From NCBI GenBank assembly GCA_024679065.1, contig JAGIQG010000013.1:41230001-41294000 (forward strand): a DNA stretch of 64,000 nucleotides, given 5' to 3'. Origin of the DNA: Sphyrna mokarran (lineage: Eukaryota). Within the stretch, counting starts at the first letter, position 1; each line of letters begins with the position of its first letter. The notes beneath the pieces are model-generated. The model did not search any database. It was not told where the DNA came from and saw nothing but the letters and a program-made list of their open reading frames with translations. This document shows positions 51,601 to 62,994 of this stretch, one piece after another. A program made the position numbers and the translations under genes.

Positions 51601-52724
51601 TTTCAGTTAAGGTTCAGTTTCAAATTTTGGAGTTCAACTCAAATTTTTGTCAAAATTTCTGCTAGGTGTCTCATCATCAACACAGCAAAGGATTGCTTCT
51701 CGTGACAGATTTTAGTCCTGTTCCAGAATTAGGCTGGCAGTGCATTCATGATTTATGTTCAAAGACTAGCAGTTCTTCTCATGACACTTATCCTGTCATG
51801 GAAATATCTTTGAACTGAAATTAATTTAATCAGCAACACTGATTAAATACTCTACTCTAGATAGAAATTCAATGGAACAATGGGGAGAGTAAAGAACAAC
51901 ATCAGGCTGTGACAAAGAGCTCAAAATAATAAAGCAGTATTTTTCTGGATGAACATAATTCGAATTGGATCTGAAAAATATCTCTTTAGAATGTTGAAAC
52001 TAAATATCACTAATCAAGTGCAAAATCATCGATCACTTCAAAGAAGCATCAGTTAGCTTTACAGTACATCAGTTATTGTACCAAATTATAGCATTTCTAG
52101 AAAGCAGAGAGACTCCTCAACCATACTGGTCATTTATTATCCATGACAATTTATTGTCTGAGTAATAAGCACAGGTTTCTTCCATATATAAAGCAGGACA
52201 ATAGTAGATTGCCACATTAAAGAGTGAGGAGTATTTCAGGTGCAAAATCAATTTATTCAAAATACAATGCAGCAATCCATCAGACTTCCTAAGGTACGTA
52301 TGCAGCAACAGCACAAAGGGTTGCACAGCCTGGATATTACTAATCCACTTGTGTGTGAATGCGGAAATATTTTTTGTTATGTACTGGAGGTGACTTTTCA
52401 TGCAAGATTTTTCTAGATTAACGATTTGTAGTTCCAATTTATATGTGCGAGTTCGTATCAGTTGAAATAAGAAACAGAAGCATTTTGAGCTGGATAAAAC
52501 AAAGCACACAGTTCTTGAGTATATAGTGTCTTTCAGAGAGCTGAGTAATCCACATTTGAAATCTCTTCCTTTCCAAGTTTATTTTCTCTCCATATATGGA
52601 GCCCAACAATTGTCTATGTGAGCATATGAATTACAATCAGAGGTAGGCCACTTTCACTCTTTGCTTATCAAAGAATCTGTCTACTTTGCCTTAAAAATAT
52701 TAAGACTTTTCTTCAATAGCTGAA

Positions 52725-53380
52725 TTGACAAAATGGAAAGGGTCAAGAGCTTCAAATGTTTAGGTATCCAGGTCACCAACAACCTGTTTTGGCCCCCCAT
52801 GCTGACACTATAGTTAAGAAAGCCCACCAACGCCTCTACTTTCTCAGAAGACTAAGGAAATTTGGCATGTTAGCTACGGCTCTCACCAACTTTTACAGAT
52901 GCATTTTAGAAAGCATTCTTTCTGGTTGTATCACAGCTTGGTAATGGTCCTGCTCTGCTCAAGACCGCAAGAAATTACAAAAGGCTATGAACGTAGCCCA
53001 ATCCATCACATGTGCCAGCCTTCCATCCACTGACTCTGTCTACACTTCCCACTGTCTCAGCAAAGCAGCCAGTATAATTAAGGACTCCACGCACCCTGGA
53101 CGTTCTCTCTTCCACCTTTTCCTTTCAGGAAAAAGATACAAAAGTCTGAGGTCATGGACCAAAAGATTCAAAAACAGCTTCTTCCCTGCTGCTGTCAAAC
53201 TTTTGAATGGACTTACCTTGTATTAAGTTGATTTTTCTCTACACCCTAGCTATGACTAACACTACATTCTGCACTCTCTCATTTTCTTGTCTTTGAATGG
53301 TATGTTTTGTCTGTATTGCATGCAAGAAATAATACTTTTTATTGTATGTTAATACAAGTGACAATAAGCAATCAAATCAA
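52725..53380 (+). mobile_element. Rex1/Babar-type LINE 3' fragment
   Basis: KKAHQRLYFLRRLRKFG...FYRCILESILSGCITAW and IIKDSTHPG..LF..SGKRY...RFKNSFFPAAVKLLN. The 3' UTR ends in (caaat)n. Confidence 0.9.
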
Positions 53381-54004
53381 CACTAGAATACCTGCTCCAA
53401 AGCTTGTTTGATTGATAGCTCAGGCATTTCAGACCTGTGCAGTCAGTTTCACCATGTTTACTGAGATGTCAAATAGAGTCAAGTGCTATAGTTTTGGAAA
53501 TTTTAAAGGGCCTAGATGATTGAAACTTTTATTAGCTTTCAGTCGAGATTTTTTTTGGAGGGGGGAAGTGCACTTTTGCCAAAGCTTTTTCTAAATAAAT
53601 CCCACTTATGCTGCAATGTTGATTGGCTCTCGAAAGTGCATGGTGGTCAATGGACATTGAAGTACAGAGCAAGATTGGACATAGGGAGTGGATAGGGTGG
53701 CAGACCTGGCATAAGAGGTTCTTTAAAACTTGGCTTTTGAATGGTCTCTTCACGACTCCTCTAAAGGGCCATGAATGATGTGTCTTTAAAAAACCTGGTC
53801 CAAATCCATGAAAATTGCGGAGGAGGAGGAGGAGGTACCCATCTCTACAATGGAGCCAGCAAAGTCAGAAGTGCCGATGATTTAAGAATCTTTGAAAGGC
53901 ACTCCTGAAAATGAGACAGCTGGGAAAGGATTAGATTCGTGGAATCGAGACCGATCCACCATTTTTTGGAGCTCCCGAGTAAATCCGACATGGTTAAAAT
54001 CCAG

Positions 54005-54470
54005 GTCACAGTGCTGGATGAGCAGAAATTTACTCCAACAAACAATTGGGAAGACTGAAGTCATTGGCTGTAATCTTATCATCATTCACACTGACAGGAT
54101 TTACCCATCCCACCACAGTGAACAGAGATGTGGCTGGCCGCCAAATTCTCTGGCCTCGCTTCAGCGGGAGCATGGTGTAGACAGCAGGCAAGATCACGCT
54201 TTCCTCTACAAATTCGTCACTTCGTAATCCTGATACAATATTTGATACTAAAATGACTTTCCGACCACATACACAGGCCATCTCCAAGACCACTAAATTT
54301 CACTCAATAGCATTCCCCAACTTAAACTCTGTTCCAGCTCATCTCCTGCCAAAACCTTCATCCATTCATTTGTTACCTCTAGCACCGTTTAGTGCAACAT
54401 ACTGTTATACTCCCCGTAATCTTGAGTTCATCCAGAATGCTGCAGTGTTTATGCTGATTTGAACCAAGTT
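54005..54470 (+). mobile_element. L2-clade LINE RT C-terminal relic
   Basis: WMSRNLLQQTIGKTEVI and FDTKMTFRPHTQAISKT resemble WMSxNFLxLNxxKTE and FDxxLSFxPHI. LEFIQNAA follows. Confidence 0.75.
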
Positions 54471-55609
54471 CTAAAGTCTGGGATTTTTAATTTCCACTTG
54501 GAGGCTTACGATGGAATGATGTGTCCTGTGATACAACACCAATGCAGGATTTTTGTTTTGTACTGTGAAGTAAACCTACATCACATCAAATGCAGGGCCG
54601 TAATAAAAAAGGCGTATAGCCGCATGTCCAATCCTTAACCATATGGACAGTATTATATTGAAAGCACTCACTTAACAGCAAATGATCGTTGCAGACTCCA
54701 AATACTGCTTTGTGACAATTACAATAAGTGACGTAGTCGGAAATGTACATCATCCAATACTCGCAGAAATACAATTATGTTTAAATTTCTGTCAGGCATA
54801 ATAACATTTACAAGATGGCAAATTGCTTTTAAAATTGAATTTGGTGGAATATTCACATCTCAACTGTATATATAAATTAATTACTTCATTTAATTGTCCT
54901 CGTCAGTAATTGATTGCATTGAACACATCAGCAATAGATAAGAAAATTGTTTAACTTTTGGTTAGTCCAAGAAATCAATTGGATTTGACAGTGTTAAGAT
55001 TCTATCAGCATCCTTAGCTTTGTCATCCACATTTGGAATATTCATCAATAAGCCTGGTGTAGTTGGTTACTATGTGACTAAGAACAAGCATATCTTCAGG
55101 AATGATAACAAGAAGCACAGTGACATGTTCAAAGGGTCAAAACCCTCAATCAGAGATCAGTCAGAACCCCCCGCCTAGCGTGGCAGGTCTCATCGTGACA
55201 GATGAGGCAGACCTTTCAAACATCCGTTCACTTCGGTGCATCTGTAAAGATCCAACCAGCAAGAGATCTGATGCTGATAAGAAAACTACCCACTTACCTA
55301 AATACACTGTAAGGGCTCTGACACATCCGATTCTTAATGCTGAAGAATTCCCTCAGTGCAAGAATTCTTGCAGAGAGCAGCGAAGAGGATCAGCGCAGAA
55401 ACTACACCTTTTGCACAGCACTAATCTGTCATCCGGCAAGTTTAAATGTCCAGTGTGAGGGTTAGTGAATAGGCAAATGGTCAGTGGATGATTGAGTGAG
55501 CTGAGTAGGGTAGCAGGTGGGTGGGACCAGGAGGGGTTGCAGGCTTTGTCCATTTCCCCATGTTCATCCACAACTCCTGATTCCATTAAAATGTTCACTT
55601 ATGCTTCAG

Positions 55610-55700
55610 TTTATTGTTCTGAAGATGGGTTCTACCCAAAATGTTTTGTCTTTTCCTCTGCGGATGCTGAATAACTTGCTGTGTTATTTTCATTATTTTC
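55610..55700 (+). mobile_element. Second PLE-type terminus with a degenerate hammerhead motif
   Basis: CTGAAGA-T-GGGT-tct-ACCC-AAAA-TGTT at 55619-55645, followed by ctctgcggatgctg. A related copy lies at 58515-58650 (minus). Confidence 0.5.
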
Positions 55701-55703
55701 CAT

Positions 55704-56016
55704 GGGCGGCACGGTAGCACAGTGGTTAGCATTGCTGTTTCACAGCTCCAGGGACCTGGGTTCGATTCCGGGCTTGGGTCACTGTCTGTGTGGAGTTTGC
55801 ACATTCTTCTCGTGGCTGTATGGGTTTCCTCTGGGTGCTGCAGTTTCCTCCCACAGTCCAAAAATGTGCGGATTAGGTTGAGTGGCCGTGCTTAAATTGC
55901 CCCTTAATGTAGATTAGAGAGGTTAGTGGGTGGGATACGGGGGTAGAGCCTGGATGGGATTGTGCTCGGTGCAGATGCGATAAACTGGATGGCCTCTTTC
56001 TGTACTGTAGGATTTC
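55704..56016 (+). mobile_element. HE1-type SINE, full length, with Pol III A and B boxes
   Basis: A box tagcacagtgg at 55715-55725 and B box ggttcgattcc at 55759-55769. CR1-type tail gatggcctctttctgtactgtaggatt. Confidence 0.92.
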
Positions 56017-58514
56017 TCTTCCTTATTTCAATCTTATTCTTAAATTTCAATAGAAACTGCAACATTTCCTGAAATATGACGTTACACGAATCACGTGGTC
56101 CAACATACATTTGCACATTACTTCTGGTTTGATCTATATTGCAACAAATCTGTAGCACAGCAGATCGCAGAGTTAATCTGTACCTTTATTACATAGTCGC
56201 CTGCGTAAGGCACACCCATGGCATAGCTGGAATTCCTCTCTCTTTAGCTGAACAAAAAAATACACTAGCCTGTGCCAGCTCACTTATGGAATAACATGAA
56301 ATACCTTGCATTTACAAAATGCTTTTCACAACCCTTAGAATACTTAAAAGCATTTTACAACAGTTAAGTAATTTTTTTATGTGGATTTTAGGCAACATTT
56401 GGTTAATTTAGACAAGAAATTTGCAAGCAAGGCAACATAAACTTGTAATAATAAATACTAATGAATGATTGCAACAGATTACAAAATGAATTATATTAAT
56501 TTTTAATATTTGTCCTTTCATCTTCCCCAGTCAGGATTATAAATATTGTTCCATGGAGTTAAAATTTAGTTCAACATTAACAGTGAAAAGACATTTAAAA
56601 TTAAAAGTATAAACTCATTGAAATTTAACAAAATGGAATAAATCAAATTTCAATTGCAAATTCAACTTTTTTAATAATCAAACTCATCCAGCAAAATTGT
56701 ACAGGTGAATATTTTATAGTTATATTTACTGAAAATACAAGGCTAGGTCAAATGTCAGATGCCCATTGAAGGCGCTTATGGATAATTATGGTCTACTTAA
56801 GAACCTCATCCCATCACCAACGGTATTCTAACAGTGGTTAGTGGAGATTCACCATATGAGATGTTAGATGTGCTGGCAGCATATTTGGTGGGGATTGGAG
56901 GGGGAGGGAGGTTGGTAAATGGAGAAGTTCCCTAGTTCAGAGGACTCAGTGCCTGATTTAGGCACATGGCACAAGGAACAGGGGAGAGGAGGGGAGAGAA
57001 CAAACCCCTGCCCTTTCCTCTGATCCATTCCTACGATTATCATCAGAATTCCCCAACAAAGAACAAATATATTGCCAGTGCAACCAACACTTCCCAGTGG
57101 TGCTAATGGTAATGCAAAGCTGCTGGCCTCTGATTGGTGCAAGAGCTGAAGACCAGTTAAGATGCATGTAAGCTAACAAAAATCCAATGGAATAAAATGC
57201 TTGCATTTCCAACTACTGGGAACTATTCTACAATTTAGTGTCCCTTTGGCATTGGGAAATCTGATGGCAAAGTGCCTACTGCCATTTATGGACTTAATTC
57301 TCTTGAGACTCCCAGAGATCAAATCATTGCCAGTTGTGATAGTGGACATTTGGCCCCTTCACCCTCTAATTTCCATCCATTATTTTAACTGCTCCTTCAC
57401 CCCCTCCTCCTTCATTTCTGTGGGACTTTTAATACCATTGGCTATAAATCAACTTCACCCATGTGATTTAGAAATGAGGTGCAAGTGAAATGGAACAAAT
57501 GCTAATTAGCTGTCCTTTAAATTACACAGAATATTCAGAGCTTATTTATATAGAGAGATTCCTTAATTAAATAACAAGATAACAAACACTTGAGAGAGTG
57601 TTTATAAACAGTAGCATAATCAGAATAGTGTGACATAAGAAACAGGATAGTGAAAATTTCACTGTGACATTTAATCACTATTTAATATTTACAATCTTCA
57701 ATAGTGATTGTTCTACCTTTGTTCCAATTCTATTCTTTTTTTTTCAGCATAATAACTAAATTAAAATGCAATTAGTCAATTTACTGCCATATACAAGAGT
57801 CACAAGAGAAGTAACAATGGTAAATTGATGATGGAGAAATTATATACAATGAAAAAAAATCGAGAAATTGCTCCTGAATGTAGAAGAAATCTATGTATTT
57901 TATTCAATTAATCCACCAATTTTTACCATTTGTGATGCAAGTTAGCTAACAAGGTCCAATGGAATAAAATACAAGTATTTAGCAAGGTTTGCATTTAAAA
58001 AATAATTAGTGCACAAATGTGATAGCTTACAGCAAAGAAGTTTAACCCTTTAAAGATGCATTAAGTTTCAAGGCTTGGTTTTAATGCCACATTATGAGAT
58101 AGACTGGCCATATTCGATATTAAGGAAAACACTGTACCTGGATGCTGAATGCACAGGGCTAGAAATTTTACCTGCTTCACCGAGTCAATTGAAAAATTGC
58201 ATAAATAGCAGCAAAGATTGAATAGGATGTGTGAATTGGAGTGGGTGAATTTAAGCCAAATCAGGTACAGAATGAGAAATATAATGGGACAGAAAGATTG
58301 GTGCAGTGCATAAAGAAAAGATTCAACTTGTGCTCAACTCCAAACAGCCATCTTTGAATAATTTATTTACCTGTCAACAAGGAAGCCAATATAACAAAAT
58401 GCTTGGTTATTACAAGATATCTTATACTTTAAATGTAAAATGATACATATATATCATTTCCCAGAATACAATAGGCCTAAAGCAATATTAGCAATACCTG
58501 AAATTTACCGAAAA

Positions 58515-58650
58515 TGAAAGCAAAATACTCCAGATACTGGAATCTGGAACAAAAACAGAAAATGCTGGAAAGTCTCAGCAGGTCTGACAACATCTGTGGA
58601 GAGAGAATAGAACTAATGTTTTGAGTTTGGATGACCCTTCGTCAAAGCTG
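58515..58650 (-). mobile_element. Second PLE-type terminus with a degenerate hammerhead motif
   Basis: Minus strand TTGACGA-AGGGTC-atcca-AACTC-AAAA-CATTAG, followed by ctctctccacagatgttgtcagacctgctgag...ccagcatttt. Confidence 0.55.
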
Positions 58651-58889
58651 AAATTTATCAGGCAGGATTGCAAATCTGTGTTATTTTAAAATCACAACCA
58701 AAGCATATTAACAGATGTTACCAGAAATAATGAAAAGAACAATTTAACATTTAAATCATTGGTGGTTATTATGGCAACAGTATTTAGATTTAGTAAGATC
58801 TGAATTTCTGATTCAGTGTCTGTGAAGCTGGCTGCTATGATTTGGATCACACTGAAATCCAGTGGACTTCCCTTACCAACTCCGGATAG

Positions 58890-59316
58890 GAATTCTCTTG
58901 GAACTTCTGCCATTTCCATGGTTGTGATGTCATTGCAGGCCTCCTTCCATGTCAGCTTACCACGTTTACTCAAAAGCTTAGCCTGGACTTTATTGTTCTT
59001 TATACCACCTCTCAGTATGCTTCAATGGATGATTTCTAACTTTGCATCTAACACGTATTGATGAGAGAGATTTTTCAATCTACAGCAGTCTCCCTTGGCA
59101 ACTGCTTCCTTTCATAGAATACAACTCTTAGTGCAATCTCATTTTTAGTCATGTCCTAATGAGTCTAAGCTCTCATTAATTTCAGAGTAGCTCATAATAC
59201 TGGGATCTTGTGTGTAGCATTGGCTTGAAGCCACCTCAAACGCACCTAGATTCAGCATTCTGAGGAAAATAATTACTTTACCCTCATCTCCCATTTTATT
59301 CACTGCAGAGGATGTT
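58890..59316 (-). mobile_element. Ty3/gypsy gag relic
   Basis: Frameshifted segments NKMGDEGKVIIFLRML..DPSIMSYSEI, EIALRVVFYERKQLPRETAVD and GGIKNNKVQAKLLSKRGKLTWKEACNDITTMEMAE follow the order of gypsy gag motifs (IAERF.F..R.Q..GES; GI....IQ..LL....LT...A...A..ME). Confidence 0.6.
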
Positions 59317-59489
59317 AATTTTCACGTACAAGTGGGCAGGTGGAGCAACAGTTGGCGCACAGGCTGCACGGAATAGAGGATTGTTTTGAGTAGGTTGTGA
59401 TTACTGTTAAACTTGTACTTTTGTCAAATTGCAGATACTGGTCACAGAGTTTCCTCAGCATGTGGCTGTAATATTTGGGCACAAGTCAT

Positions 59490-60652
59490 TATCTTCTGCA
59501 CTGCAATACAGTCTAATTAGGCTGTATTTGGAGTATTGTGTGCAGTTCTGGTCACCACATTAACAGAAGGATATGGAAACTTTGGAGAGAGTGCAAAGAA
59601 GGTTCACCAGGATGTTGCCCAGTTTCAATGGTGTTGACTATAAGAAGAGGTTGAATAAACTAGGATTGTTTTCACTAGAAAAATGGAAACTGAAGGGAGA
59701 CCTGATAGAGGTCTACAAAATTATGAAAGACATAGACAGGGTGGCTTTTTCCTAGGGTGGAAGCATCAATTACAAGGGGGCACAAGTTCAATGTGAGAAG
59801 GGAGAAAGTTTAAGAGAGATACGTAGGAGTGGATTTTCATGCAGAGAGTGGTGGGTGCCTAGAACGGGCTGCCAGAGGTGGTGGTAGAAACAGGCACATT
59901 AGCAACATTTAAGGGGCGTCTGGGGGGGTATATAAAGAGATAAGGCTTTTAGGTATCCAGCTCTCCAATAACTTGTCCTAATCCCCCCCATGCCAACACA
60001 TAGTTAAGAAAGCCCACCAATGCCTCTATATTCTCAGAAGACTTAGGAAATTTGGCACTCAGCTATGACTCTTACCAACTTTTATAGAGTGCACCATAGA
60101 AAGCATTCCTTCTGGTTATATCACAGCTTGGTATGGTTCCTGCTCTGCCCAAGACCGCAAGAAACTACAAAAGGTCGTGAATTTAGCCTAATCCGTCTCA
60201 CAAACCAGTCTCCAATCCACTGACTGTCTACACTCCCCACTGCCTCGGCAAAGCAGCCAGCATAATTAAGGACCCCCAGGCACCCCAGACATTCTATCTT
60301 CAATCTTCTTCCTTCAGGAAAAAAATACAAAGTCACATACTAACCTTTTTCCCTGCTGCTGTCAGAATTTTGATTGGACTTATCTTGCATTAATTTGATC
60401 TTTCTCTACACCCTAGCTATGATTGTAACACTACATTTTGCATTTTCTCATTTCCTTCTTTATGAATGGTATGTTTTGTCTATATAGCGCGCAAGAAACA
60501 ATATTTTTCACTGTATGCTAATACATGTGACAATAATAAATCAAATCAAAGAGTAAGGACAGAAGATTTTTTTAAAAAGGTTTAGTTAGGGTATCATGAG
60601 GGCATGGAGGATTGAAGGGCTGTTCCTGTGCCATACTTTACTTTGTTCTTTG
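59490..60652 (+). mobile_element. CR1 3' fragment interrupted by a Rex1/Babar copy
   Basis: LEYCVQFWSPH and ORF 59573..59755 LERVQRRFTRMLP...LGLFSLEKWKLKGDLIEVYKIM. The CR1 tail resumes at 60551. Confidence 0.88.
59950..60550 (+). mobile_element. Rex1/Babar-type LINE 3' fragment
   Basis: Colinear with 52750-53380 and ends tacatgtgacaataataaatcaaatcaaa. Near-duplicated flank aaagag(a)taagg on both sides. Confidence 0.9.
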
Positions 60653-60759
60653 TAATCATCATTCATAATTATACAGTTCTCATTGTTGGTTCTGAATTAT
60701 CCCTTTGTTCCCAAAAATGCCCTTTTTCTCAATGATATGCCAAGCTGACTACTATGTAC

Positions 60760-61010
60760 CTGAATATGATGTGCATTTACTGAGCAATCTTTCAAATAGC
60801 TCAAACTTCCCCAAAACTAACTTTAGGAATTCCAGAATGTTAACTAGGTCCACTTCAGTTGGTGAAATTGAAGCTAAGACATAGCACTTTCTTTGCTGGA
60901 GAGAGTTTATCAACTTGGTCCATAATACTTCTCCAACAATGTTCCAGTTATCCCCATTTATAGATGTACAAGTATACATCACCTGTTTAATAATGTAATT
61001 GTCATTAAGT
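60760..61010 (-). CDS. Candidate coding exon of an unidentified gene (unverified)
   Basis: Non-repeat frame open for about 100 codons (LNDNYIIKQVMYTCTSINGDNWNIVGEVLWTKL...LLSKCTSYS). Possible acceptors ttttttaag|61010 or aaacag|60982, and donor CAG|gtacat. Protein not recognised. Confidence 0.25.
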
Positions 61011-61282
61011 CTTAAAAAATGTGATAAATAAACTGACAGATTCCCCTTTTCTCTTTTAAAAACTCAATAATATTTGAAACTAATCAAAAACAAAACAAAA
61101 CTGTGTTTTTCCATCTCCTATGTCTCACGATATATTAAACCAACCATTGATAGATGCTACATTCCCCATTCTTTAAACACTTTTTATCTGTACCATATGT
61201 GATTATAAAGTAATTAAAAAAGATGGTTTTCTATATCCTTATTGTAACACAAGGCAGTACAGTTCCAATATATTTAGTAATT

Positions 61283-62490
61283 TCTTGGAGAAGCGCCGCT
61301 CTTCATTAAACATTTATTTTGGAAAGCTCTCTTCTTTCCAACATTTCCTTTATCCTAGCAAGATCAATTCTGATCCAATTTTCAGTGATACTCTTCGTTG
61401 TATGAACACTATCCCAAAGGGAAGTTATCCAGAAAACATTCTATGGCATTTTTTTCTCATATTCTCCCTTGTATAATATTTCCCCCACAGTATATTAGAC
61501 AAGTATACCTCCATATCTACTGATCCTACTAATGCCAGTATTTCAGCAGCTAAAGCGCTTTTAACTACCCTTTTTATTTTCTGCATTTCCCAGAATAATA
61601 ATTATTATTCTTCCCTGCCAAGAATGCAATACATCCTGCTGTGCAGAATATCCATCTGGGAGACTGGCATGTGAAACGTCACTATATATGACTAATTTTA
61701 TATTTTCTGGATTGCCCAAGGCTAAAAAAATTGAGTGTACATTTCCCAGAATTTAGTTTCCTTAATGGCTCATTTGCTCTGCTCTCAGAACTTCTTCAAC
61801 TGAAGCATGTTTTCTCATAATACTCAATTCCAAAACATCATGACTAGCATCAAAACCTAGTCTGAGTGCAGAACCAGTCTACTCAAATTTCTTAATTGAT
61901 CTTTTTCTTCCTTGGTTGCAGGATCCTCTTTTTGTGAGAACCAGGCCCGATTTAATGGAATGCTAATGATGTTTTCAAAGATGATTCAAGGTCAATCCAA
62001 CTTATTTTGCTTAATGCCTAACCTATACATTTAAAGGCTCCTGAAACTTGATTTCCAACCTTAAATTTCTTCTTTATTTTATCCATCACCCATTGTTCAA
62101 ATTCTGCAGAATCTCCCCACAGAAAACCATCAACTTGTATTATAAAGATACCTGCCAGTTTCTACTTTGATACCAACAGAACATTGCTGCGTCTGCTTTT
62201 AGCTGAATACAACCAATTTTTAATAGAATGGGCCTAACTGAGAAATACCATACCCTTGGCAGAACATTCAACCTACAAACACACTTGTTCAATTTCTAGT
62301 TTCCCTGCTGTATCATCAGCTTCAGTAGGTGGTTTCAAAGATACCTCCCTTTAAAATTTCTCACATTAAAATTGTAGTTTATATATAACAGATTATATTA
62401 CCAGGAACCTGTTGCTAAAAGATCCAAGAAAGCCTTCAAGCTCACTTTTTCTGCAGTAGAGGAGTCCACCCCAAAAAGTCTTTTCTTGAA
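61283..62490 (-). mobile_element. Ty1/copia pol relic (RT then RNase H), GalEa-like
   Basis: In order on the minus strand: VDSSTAEK, LKPPTEA, KLNKCVCRLN..RVWYFSV, GIFIIQVDGFLWG (HVDD box), LVIYSDVSHASLPDG, WEMQKIKRVVKSALAAEILAL, SLWDSVHTTKSITENWIRIDLARIKEML. Confidence 0.88.
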
Positions 62491-62499
62491 ATCCCAAGA

Positions 62500-62662
62500 G
62501 AAATGTACATTCAATTTTTTTCAGCTTTGGGCAATCCAGAAAATATAAAGTTAGTCATATTTAGTGATGTTTTACGTGCCAGTCTTCCAGATGGATGTTC
62601 TGGACAACAAGATGTATTGCATTCTTGGCAGGGAAGAATAATAATTGTTATTCTGAGAAATG
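62500..62662 (+). repeat. Inverted duplicate of copia segment 61584-61745
   Basis: Aligns to the reverse complement of 61584-61745 along its full length at roughly 90% identity by eye. Confidence 0.9.
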
Positions 62663-62994
62663 AGTTTTAGTCTTATATGTGTCATCAGGAAGTACCTTTT
62701 CTGTACATTCCACCGGTGTGAGAAAGCTGGTTGTCCTTATCTCATATCTTCAAGTCCACTGCTTTAATTAAAGTCTCTTGCCAATAGAAGGTTCACTATG
62801 ATCATGATGGTGTCCTCCTAAATTTTCTATATATATCACATTTCCTTCCCATTGACCTCTATAAAATTTACTAAAAATTCATTATCTAGTACCTCTGCAT
62901 TCTTAACCAATGACAAGATGGATGGGCAAACTGCTGATGCAGCATTTACACAATTTGCCTTTTTTCCTTTGAACTCCTACTCATTGATATATTA

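Noticed and set aside
52117-52509. 130-aa minus-strand ORF
   Set aside because: No acceptor follows its pyrimidine tract, and the composition looks like translated non-coding DNA.
55102-55458. 118-aa ORF
   Set aside because: No recognisable domain or convincing splice context, and the flanks look repeat-derived. The length is within the range of chance ORFs here.
55704-55775. tRNA gene-like A/B boxes
   Set aside because: This is a SINE head continuing into core and LINE-derived tail, with no cloverleaf acceptor stem or poly-T terminator.
58877-58982. Apparent minus-strand exon with donor TTG|gtaagg
   Set aside because: The peptide is better explained as part of the gypsy gag relic.
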